Shown: positions 53,650 through 64,000 of the stretch, piece by piece | Layout: the number at the start of each line of letters is the position of its first letter | Numbering within the stretch: the stretch's first letter is position 1 | Assembly (NCBI GenBank): GCA_951406725.2 | Contig: OX597824.1 | Coordinates: 43,400,001-43,464,000 of the forward strand | Source of the DNA: Octopus vulgaris | Lineage: Eukaryota | Direction: 5' to 3' | Length of the DNA: 64,000 bases | Translations under genes and position numbers: made by a program | The notes under the pieces: model-generated | The model's database searches: none | Told to the model about the DNA's origin: nothing | The model's input: the letters and a program-made list of their open reading frames with translations, nothing else

Positions 53650-55579
53650 CATCATCATCATCATCATCATCGTTTAACGTCCGTTTTCCGCGCTAGCACG
53701 GGTTGGACGGTTCAACCGGGGTCTGGGGAGCCAGGGGCTGCCCCAGGCTCCAGTCTGATCTGGCAGTGTTTCTACAGCTGGATGCCCTTCCTAACGCCAA
53801 CCACTCCGCGAGTGTAGTGGGTGCTTTTTACGTGCCACCTGCACAGGTGCCAGAGGGGTCTGGCATCGGCCACGATCAGTTGCTGCTGTTTTTTTGTGCT
53901 ACCGGCACAGAAGCCAGTCAAGGCGGTGCTGGCATCGGTCACGTTCGGATGGTGCTTTTTATGTGCCACCGGCACAGAAGCCAGTCGGGGCGGTGCTGGC
54001 ATCTGCCACGTTCGGATGTTGCTTTTTATGTGCCACCGGCACAGAACCCATTCGAGGCGGGGTTGGCATCGGTCACGTTCGGATGGTGCTTTTTATGTGC
54101 CACCGGCACAGAAGCCAGTGGAGGCTGCACTGGCAACGGCCACGTTCGGATGGTGCTTTTTATGTGTCACCGGCACAGGTATCACAACTACTGTTTCCAT
54201 TGATATTTGGTTCGATATTCATGTACCACCGGCACGGAAGCCATTCGAGGCGGGGTTGAGGTATCACAACTACTGTTTCCATTGATATTTGGTTCGATAT
54301 TCATGTGTCACCGGCACAGAAGCCATTCGAGGCGGGGTTGGCATCGGTCACGTTCGGATGGTGCCTTTTATGTGCCACCGGCACAGAAGCCATTGGAGGC
54401 TGCACTGACAACGGCCTCGTTCGGACGGTGCTTTATATGTGCCACCGGCACAGGTATCACAACTACTGTTTCCATTGATATTTCGTTTGATATTCATGTG
54501 CCACCGGCACAGAAGCCATTCGAGGCGGGGTTGGCATCGGTCACGTTCGGATGGTGCTTTTTATGTGCCACCGGCACAGAAGCCAGTGAAGGCTGCACTG
54601 GCAACGGCCACGTTCGGATGGTGCTTTATATGTGTCACCGGCACAGGTATCACAACTACTGTTTCCATTGATATTTGGTTTGATATTCATGTGCCACCGG
54701 CACAGAAGCCATTCGAGGCGGGGTTGGCATCGGTCACGTTCGGATGGTGCTTTTTATGTGCCACCGGCACAGAAGCCAGTGGAGGCTGCACTGGCGACGG
54801 CCACGATCAAATGGTGCTTTCTATGTGTCACCGGCACAGGTATCACAACTACTGTTTCCATTGATATTTGGTTCGATGTTCATGTATATGCACTTGACTC
54901 GACAGGTCTCCTCAAGCACAGCGAGATGTTCCGGGATCCAAGGTACTTTGGATGGGCAGGGAGTATGCGGAACTGGTGCCGGGAGCATCCCGGGTCTTAG
55001 TAGTCACAGCACATCTCCAGAGGTCTCGGTCCTTCGCCATTGCCTCAGTGAGGCCCAACGCTCTGAGGTCATGCTTGACTACCTCATCCCATGTCTTCCT
55101 GGGTCTACCTCTCCCCCTGATTCCTTCAACTGTTCGGGAGTGGCACTTCTTCACACATCTCTCCTCATCCATCCGCAGTACATGACCATACCATCGCAAG
55201 CGTCGCTCTTGCACACCGCATCTGATGCTTCTTATGCCTAGCTTTTCTCTCAGGGTGCTTACACTCTGTCGTGCATTCACACTGACATTACACATCCAGC
55301 GGATCATGCTAGCTTCATTTCTTTCAAGTCTACGCATGTCCTCTGCAGTCACGGCCCATGTTTCACTGCCGTGAAGCATGGCAGTTCGCACACATGCATC
55401 ATACAATCTACCTTTCACTCTGAGTGAGAGACCTTTTGTCGCCAGTAGGGGTAGGAGCTTTCTAAACTTTGCCCAGGCTATTCGTATTCTAGTGGTGACA
55501 CTCTCTGAGCATCCACCCCCACTACTAACTTGGTCACCCAGGTAGCGGAAACTATCAACTACTTCTAGTTTATACCCCA
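53650..55579 (-). mobile_element. Young 5'-truncated RTE LINE with open RT C-terminus and expanded 3'UTR
   Basis: ORF 54912-55580: LEVVDSFRYLG, RIRIAWAKFR, MLHGSETW, RRLRWYGHVLRM, GRGRPRKTW. (ATG)n tail. Confidence 0.95.
53895..54885. repeat. Higher-order minisatellite (67+67+59 = 193 bp) in the RTE 3'UTR
   Basis: gtatcacaactact at 54261, 54454, 54647 and 54840 (193-bp period). Each subunit starts with the hairpin TGTGCC-ACC-GGCACA. Confidence 0.92.
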
Positions 55580-55921
55580 TATATATATATATATATTTAT
55601 ATTTTTAAATTTATAAGTTTAAATTATTTAAACAATTTTTTAATTTTTAACTTTTATATTTTTAATTTAATTATATGTATTGGCTTATGTTTTTCACTGT
55701 TTGATTTGCCTAATAGTGGTTTTATCTCTAATTTAATATAATATAATATAATATATTTATACTATAAAATTGGATTTAATCCTAAATCTAATTTTTCCCT
55801 GTAAGTTTGGATTTATTCCCTAATATTATTATTATTATATATATATACATATGTGTGTATGTGTGTTTGTGTGTGCGTGTGTGTAGAAACAGATAGACAA
55901 GTAGCTAGCTATATAGATAGG

Positions 55922-55993
<72 letters not shown>

Positions 55994-56214
55994 TAAAGAA
56001 AGAAACAATGGAACTGGAAGTGCCAGAAAAGAAAAGGGAGCAGGAAGGAAGATAAAGGCAAATGCATATATATATATATAGAATGTGGAATATGTGTGTG
56101 CATATGTTTGCGTGTGATTTCATAAATCAGTACCCATTCGTCCATCCACATTATAATTAGTTTGGAAACGTGACTGCTTTATATGTGTGTGCGTGTGTAT
56201 AAACATGTAAACAT

Positions 56215-56352
<138 letters not shown>

Positions 56353-56460
56353 ATATATATATATAAGTTCAGCAAAAATTTAGATTCAAATGAATATGGT
56401 ACTTAATTTAGATGCACCAGAATTCTGTATGGTGTTATCCATTAAAATCCGTGGGGTGAT

Positions 56461-56522
56461 TATAATCAAAATAATCAACAAGAATGACTCCGGAGTCATT
56501 CTTGTTGCTTATTTTGATTATA
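56461..56522. repeat. 62-bp spacerless palindrome, 1 mismatch
   Basis: tataatcaaaataatcaacaagaatgactcc|ggagtcattcttgttgcttattttgattata, followed by (TA)n. Confidence 0.95.
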
Positions 56523-57308
56523 TATATATATATATATATAACGACTACTATTGTCATTGAGGTTTTCATACTGTCTCCAAAATTATTTCCGTTTTACATC
56601 GACAAGCCCCACATGTCATAGAGCTGATTGACACGAATTAAGAGAAAAATTCTTGATAATAGAATCCAAATGCTCAGTCATTGAGAATGCGACTGTGCTA
56701 ATAATAAATAGGATTTCTGTGGAACAGTGACAACATGTACTTCCTCATATGCATGTGTTTCTTTGTATTTGCGAGTGTGCGTGCGCATGTGTGTTTGCGC
56801 GCGCGCGCATTTGTGCGTGTTTTCATGTGTAAGCGCAGGCGTAAGTGCAAGCGTTTGTAATAAGCACTATTCACCGCATGATGTATATAGTGTGTGTGTA
56901 TTTCTGTGTGATCGTGACTGAGTCTTTCTATATGTGTGGGGAAGTACTTCGTTACGATAGACATAGTTCACACATATACAAAACAAGTATGAATGATATA
57001 TACATATGCACACTAACACGCATATAGAGAAGAACCATTGAAAATTTCCTGTTGCACTGTAAACAACATAGGCGATAGAGCTACCGCTATTCCTAACCGA
57101 CGTTCTTCGAAGAGACGAATTCAGTTTTCCGAACTGAGCTATTTTTAGCAAGAGAACTATAATATCCGTTAATCGCTCCCACTCCCTCTATTCCACCTAC
57201 CCTCATTCGATTCCACCAGAAAAAGAAAAATCAGATATCCTTTTCCGCTTAATATTGAAACACTGTTATTTTGCTAATTAATATTCAGGAGAAAATATCT
57301 ATGCATGT

Positions 57309-57370
<62 letters not shown>

Positions 57371-57582
57371 TGTTTGTGCGTGTATGTGCGCCTGTGTGTA
57401 TGTGTTTGTCTGTGTCTGCGTGTGTGTTTGTGTGTTTCTGTGTGTGTGTGTGTGTGTGTGTGTGCAAGTGTTTGTATGTGTGTGGGTATGGATATATGTT
57501 TGTTGCATGCATATTACATTTTACGTAAATGTGTATATGTATCTGCGCGTATATATGTATTTATACATACATACATACATAC

Positions 57583-57621
<39 letters not shown>

Positions 57622-57648
57622 CATACATACATACATATATTATATACA

Positions 57649-57681
<33 letters not shown>

Positions 57682-57725
57682 TATATACATACATACATAC
57701 ATACATACATACATACATACATACA

Positions 57726-57757
<32 letters not shown>

Positions 57758-59073
57758 CATACATACATTACATACATGCATACATACATATATGTCTGTC
57801 AGGGTTTGTGTGTGTACACACACGCAGACACTAGCAGATGCAGTTGGCTTTGCCCTAACTGAATATGTAGAAGCAGATTATTAAACTGAAATGATTTTAA
57901 CTTCGTATGAGTTCTTGAAATTCTAAATTGAAATACTACGCATAAAATGGAAACATGTCTAGCACAAATGTTTTTTTTTTTAGTCGGGTGTTTTGCGAAT
58001 TGGTGTGTTAATGACAAGTTGTCTGCTCGGCCTAGAACAAGGACAAACATTACATTTGACCATCATAGAAACACAGACTTGTCAGCTCAATTCCAGCAAA
58101 CTTAAGAGATTGTCCCTGAAATACTTGACAAAGTATCACCGGAAACTGAAAGTACTTGGGTGCAAATAGCATATCTGATGAAATAAGGGAAATGTTTATG
58201 AACTGAAAACAGCTCCCTCGGCAAGAACCTTTATTATAGTGGCTTCGACGACTATTAGGAGATTTAACAACTAATCTCATACCGTTCCATAGATTTTGGT
58301 ATATACAAATTTTATAACAACAAAATGGATGCTCCTATTTCCAGCTGCAGATTGTCAGGAAACACATGCCTAGGCTAAAAGAAATTGTGAAAAATATGTT
58401 TAATATTTGACAGCGACGTGAACATCAACTGCTATGTGAACAGACTTGCATCATCGGGTTGACTGAAGAATACCTCGACTAAGAGTTGCAGCTGCAGCTC
58501 ATATTGAAGATGCTAGCCCATACTGTTTAAAACCGTACCATGTATTTTCAATGAAGATCAGTACTTAAATGTATATGGCATAGGTAAACTATAGGTGTGT
58601 TGGTTTAGTTTTGATCATTTAAGTTTGATACAGAATGTCTTCTGATATGTTCCCCTGGTGATTGTGCAAAGTAGCTGATGACTGGATGGTGAGTAGGCAC
58701 AGAAAATGATAGCAAAGGGGTTCTCGAGAAGCTGTGATGAATGTAGAACTTCAGCTTTTCCCAAGACAGTATTTCAGTCCGCGTTACCTTCCATGGAGCA
58801 TCTCATATGGCAACCTTCCCGATATGTTGCACACATATTGAATAATCATTTTAAGATTATGGAATGAAATTGGACCAGGTAAAACGTGCAGGAGCTTCTA
58901 TGATTTAAGTACAAAAATTCTTCATTTAAAAAATTATATTTTAAAACAATAGCACGCACATCATAGACAATGATAGGTAGAAAATAATATATTTCTCTTC
59001 CTGATTCACATTTAAATTTGTAGCTAATCAAATCAAATCATATTTACTGAGAGTATCTAATTATATTTCAAAC

Positions 59074-59440
59074 TACAAGATAGTACATAGCATTGCTAGA
59101 AATAAGAATCCAACGGTAAATTCGAAGGAACGAGTATATAAAAAGCCAATTCACCAATAGCGAGTAAAAATCGCAAATGAGTTTGCAGACGTACTCATAT
59201 CACGAGTACATTTATCCCTCAGCAGTAATACTCACTGATGAAGACTAAGTGTTTATCACAGGTTTAGAAATCAAGTGATATGAGTACGTTTGCAAACTCA
59301 TTTGCGATTTTTACTCGCTATTAGTAAGTTGGCTTTTTGTATACTCGTTTCCTCGAATTCACCAGTAAGTATAAATGATTGACTGTTGTTCTTGAGCCGT
59401 TTGGACTCTTATTTCTAGCAATGCTGTGTACTATCTTGTA
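59074..59440. repeat. Foldback with ~130-bp diverged arms enclosing a hammerhead
   Basis: 59074-59203 is the inverse of 59275-59440; the right arm has ~35 extra bp. Confidence 0.92.
59229..59286 (+). ncRNA. Type I hammerhead ribozyme with intact core
   Basis: TACTCA CTGATGA AGAC..GTG/CAC..GTTT a GAA ATCAagTGAT A TGAGTA. Perfect 6-bp helix I; AUA site after 59280. Confidence 0.85.
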
Positions 59441-59558
59441 CCCTGAGTATAAAATTACGGTAATAATTTTGTCTTCTTGGTTATTTTATGCTTGCTAGCC
59501 ACTTATATTACTATTTTTTATTAATAATAATATCTGTATACACCCACACACACACACA

Positions 59559-59642
<84 letters not shown>

Positions 59643-59645
<3 letters not shown>

Positions 59646-62600
59646 GCAATGCATCCCAGCGTAGCCCGGGCGTTATTACCTACAGCTACATTGTATTATT
59701 TGTTTCTTTCTTCTGGGCAGAATCGGCACACGAGGAGTGTAAAGCAAACAACTCTTCTTTAGAAACATATTTTTCAGTCATTTTGTGATGAACAATGCTG
59801 AAGTTGTTGATACCCAGAACATGTAGAATGGCAGCTTAGATTAGGATGAAATCCTTAAATCGCCCCCAAAATGACCTAGGCTTAAGAATTGGATGACGTA
59901 TTAGGACATAGAGGTATCCGTAATGCAGAAATTCAGTTACATGGAAAGAAAGCTGCTTCATTGTGAAAATCACCATCTCTAATGTTAGGCAGACTTCACA
60001 CTTCAACATATGTTAAATGAAGCCGACATTACTTCTGAGCAAACTATGTTTTGCGTAAGAGCAGTGTTGATAGAATAAATATATAAATCATCTGCACTGC
60101 TAACTCGAGAGTATACGACATACAGTTGTCCTTGAGAAAAGCAGGATATTTGTAAATTGAGACCCACAATTTTTAAAGTTTGACCCTGGGCTTTGTTGAT
60201 TTTCATAGCGAAGCACAATCAAATTGGGAACTGGAAGCGACTGAATTGATATGGTACGTTTAAGGGAATAAGGGGCATGCATGGAATGTATGCAATCTCT
60301 CCTCGATGGCAGCCGGTAATAATGGTTGCTTCTATGACATGACTTGTCATTGTAGTTACAGTCAATCTTGCACCATTGCATAATCAAATTCCTAAAGAGC
60401 ATGATAGGTGCACCTCTCTTTAATAACAACTTATGTGGTGGCAGTCCTGTGGGTTGTAGAGACTTGCGAAATTCAACTGGATACTCAACAGTGGCATGTT
60501 CATCGATGGTAGTATCAATGGAGACAAACGTTGAAGCATCTCTAGATAGATTGTGGAGGAGTTCGTGGTTTACTTTATGAATGCTATCATTCCGAGGCGC
60601 TAAAATAGCTCTCTCTGCGAACCATGTATGTTTTTGAAGTTGTCTTGCAATGTGGGAAATACCTTTTCTTTAAGCTCGGCCAATGTAGACATCATGTATC
60701 TACATTGCAGTACATGCTGTTGCAGGGTGTTGTTCAACGGTATGGTGCCATTTCCAATTTGTAGAAGTTGATGAGAGAATACCTCAGCTAAGGGGTTGTT
60801 TTAGAGGTGAGCTCGTATATTCTTGCTTAATGAAATCTGGCGAACAGACCCCCACAGAAGTAGAGACTTCAGACACGCATAGATCTCGTCAGCTCGGGTA
60901 CTCCGTAATATGACTGGTAATATTTGATGGAAATCCCCTGTAAGGACAAAAGTTAAGCCCCCCATCCATGATGGCAGTATTGTTTCGAATATCCCATAGT
61001 AAACTTCTAATGCACCATGGTGTGCCATCGTGCATTCACCCCAGACAATAGGTGTAGTTTGGAGCAGAACCTCCGCCGTCAGTGATCGTTTTGAAATATT
61101 GCACATTTGAACATCGCTGAATTGAGTTTTCTTGGGCAGAATAGAGGCAGTTTTCTTTGCGGCCCTTATTTGTGGAGATAAATTAGAATGTCTTCGTTTT
61201 GGTGGCATAGCTGAAAAAGGCGAACGATTAAGGAACATATAAGATGGAAGACATAGCAATTTGAAGTTGTACATTGTATAGTTTTATTTCTTAGTAATGA
61301 ATAAAAAGATGTGGAAAAATTCATGTCAATTTGTATACTGTTATAATGAGAAAAAGCGGTAAACTCTGAATGATTTGGTTATGTTCTGTGTTGATAAACG
61401 TAATGCATTCTGTTAGCTGATATATAATGAAGTGGTTTACTGACGTAATGGAAGTTATAGTTTATCCAGAAGTGAAAGGGGGAGGGTACAATTTGCATGA
61501 AAGTTATTGATGTTCTTAAGAAGGATCACAAACTATGTACTGTTTCATCGAATAAAAAGAGGGTTAATATCATTTTGCCCAGAAATCACGTTTTCAAAAT
61601 TATAATTTCCCCCATCCCAACCGAAATTTCCTAATTTTCAACTGTTTTCAAATTTTGCTTTTTATCCACGTGGAAAAATACAGAGATTACGAATGTGGGG
61701 AATATAATTTGTTTTTGAAAGTTTAATCTTTCTAAAAGAAATACATCAGCTACCCGCTTTCGGGTAAAACGCAAAGCTCCTGTATGGAAAACATTGGAAT
61801 GAGTAAATTGAGGAAAGAAATAATTGGAAGTACGCAAATGTCATCCTGGACATGCTAGAAACAACAAGTAAAGGACAGGATTTCTGAGATAACTTCCTTG
61901 TAAGTTTAAATGGAAGATCAGGTTTTGAAATAAGCTCATCACAAACAGGAATGATAGAATAGGTAAAGTAAAGTTGTACTTTAGCGCACAGCAAAAAATA
62001 ACATAATTCATACAGAACTTTAACTGTGTGTGTGTGTGTGTGCCTAACGAATTTATTTTTGCGCACCTTTCTAAATTCCAAAAGAAGGAAATGAAGTTAG
62101 TGAATTCGTAACACGTTGACAGCATAAGCTCTCTGTACATTATAGTGAAAAACGGAAAGAGAGAGATAATGCCTAATTCTACGCAAGCGTGAAACATGAG
62201 ACGAAAGTAAAAATGACCTGAAAATTGTGCGACCCGATCCCGTTTCTGGGGTTCTCAGCGTCTCTTTCTCTCCCGCCTTCCCCCCTCTCTTTGTGTCGGC
62301 TTTCTTTCACTTTCACATACAGTATCAACTTTCTATCGGCTTTCTTTCACTTTCAACTATAGAACATACATAGGGTATGAAACATTAACATTTCTCTCTC
62401 ACCCGCTATCCTTGTCTTTCATCTTCTTCTATAGAAACTTTTCTCTCTCAGTTTCTTTCTCTTGTCTCTCTGTCTTTTTCTCATTCTGTGTTTCTCTCGC
62501 TCATCCCGTAAAAATGTATTTCTTTATGCTTTGAAGAGAACAGATATTCAAAGAAGAGAAAGCGAAAGAGGCAGAGAGAGCAGAAAGTGAAGGAGAAGAG

Positions 62601-62940
62601 AAAATGAAAGATGTATGTACGTGTATATGAAATGGACGTGCGTGCGTGTGTGCGTCCGCGCGCACGTAATGTGTGCGAGAGGGAGAAATAAAGAGAGACA
62701 GAGAGATAGAGTGAGTGAGGGAAGATGTGTGTCGTGATGATGGCTGTCTTTTAACGTACATGCTCATATAGGAAATGTGACCCTGTCGTCATCGTTGTCG
62801 TATAAAATGTTTACGATAGCTGACTTATGGAAAAAATCTTTTGATACCCTATACATCAAAATCGGTAACTCGGTTTTGGAATGCATAAGGAACTTACGTG
62901 CTCGCACACGCACATACAAACTCTCGTTTATAGATATAGA
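59643..62940 (-). mobile_element. Internally deleted Helitron (family B, ~3.3 kb) with a decayed Pif1 helicase
   Basis: 5' A|TCtatatctataaa; 3' imperfect hairpin + CTTG|T. MPPKRR N-terminus is joined directly to IVWGECTMAH, GGLTFVLTGDFHQILPVI and FAMKINKAQGQTL..GQLYV..SRV; no Rep domain seen. Confidence 0.9.
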
Positions 62941-63312
62941 TATATATGTGTGTGATGGTCTTTGGGTGTGCCCTCAGTGAAGGTGACGTCATGTGAAGCT
63001 GCTGGCGACTGTGATCAAACTCTGGCTGGAGAAGGTTGCCGCTTGCAGACCATTTTTATGGCAGCAGTATTCGACTCCTTGCCACATATGATTTGCCTAC
63101 AAAACCAAGTTCGAACTGCTGGCCAAGAAAAGGGAGTGTTCGAAGGTCTTCCAGTGAAACAGTGGGGAATACATGTATCAAGTTCCGGATGCGTGTTGAT
63201 GACGTGATAAAACCTCGGGGCCGTTTACTGTGAATAAGCCGTTATCTTCCACTCATAATCTACTTGATATGTTTTGGTTTTTTTAAATACTTTCAATTTT
63301 TGATATATATAT

Positions 63313-63765
63313 ATTGTTGCCACGTCTACACAAAAGAAAACTAGTCACTCATAGGAGTGAAATACATGACTAAGAGAACAATCAAACGTCAGCTTCATTT
63401 GAGTTGCAGCCATCACGTATGTAATGTATATATCTAATATGTGTCTACATGCGCGCGTCCGTGTGGATGTGTATTCCCTGTGTCTCCCTATATATGTGCG
63501 CATATATATATATTATATTATATTATATTATATTATATTATATTATATTATATTATATATTATATGTATATATATGAACATATGCACATATATAGACACA
63601 GGGAATACACACCCACACGGTCGCGCGCATGTAGATACATATAAATATATACATTACATACGTGATGGCTGCAACTCAAATTAAGCTGTCGTTTGATTGT
63701 TCACTTAATCATGTTTTTCACTCCCGCGAGTGACATGTTTTCTTTTGTGTAGGCGTGGCAACAAT
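63313..63765. repeat. Foldback/MITE-like element, ~190-bp arms around a (TATAT)n core
   Basis: attgttgccacgtctacacaaaagaaaac... is the inverse of ...gttttcttttgtgtaggcgtggcaacaat. Confidence 0.92.
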
Positions 63766-64000
63766 GAGTATCTCTTACAGTATGTGTTATAGTATTGTTT
63801 TAATGAACATTTTTATGATGCTTCAGTTCACCTCACGATGCATATTCTTTTCAAAACTCATTGAAGTAGAGCTGTTATACAATGCATAGTTAACAACTTT
63901 GCTGTACCTGCGTCTTCCACGGTTACTTCTAAGGCCTTTCTTACTTACACTCTTACACTCGTTACACGTTAAATTGAGCTGTGCTCCAAGATAAATTATC

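Noticed and set aside
53895-54885. CRISPR-like look (hairpin repeat plus spacers)
   Set aside because: The spacers themselves repeat periodically, the array lies inside a LINE 3'UTR, there are no cas genes and the context is eukaryotic.
58170-58200. CTGATGA aataagg GAAA
   Set aside because: No helix II or III; likely chance.

Overview
AT-rich, microsatellite-saturated metazoan DNA. The SINE, RTE and Helitron repertoire suggests an octopus/cephalopod intron or intergenic region (inference). I could not support an intact host gene, and almost all long ORFs in the track are microsatellite read-throughs. The window is mostly decayed mobile elements: five mariner copies or fragments (D,D34D), at least three Helitron families, a ~4.4 kb L1/Tx1-type LINE, RTE, CR1 and R4/Dong-like LINE fragments, tRNA-derived SINEs and several Penelope-like element (PLE) remnants. 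The most interesting hidden layer is a set of about 6-10 sequence-unrelated type I hammerhead ribozyme (HHR) motifs read by eye, each with its own palindromic helix III. Several sit in foldback (inverted-repeat) structures that start or pivot at that palindrome. One foldback carries an HHR-shaped motif whose C3-G8 pair appears swapped to G3-C8. Other notes: a TGA at the first Cys of a Naiad-type CxCx5C motif, a 20-nt locally templated insertion in a mariner, and a higher-order hairpin minisatellite in an RTE 3'UTR. Coordinates and folds were derived manually and none has been computationally verified.
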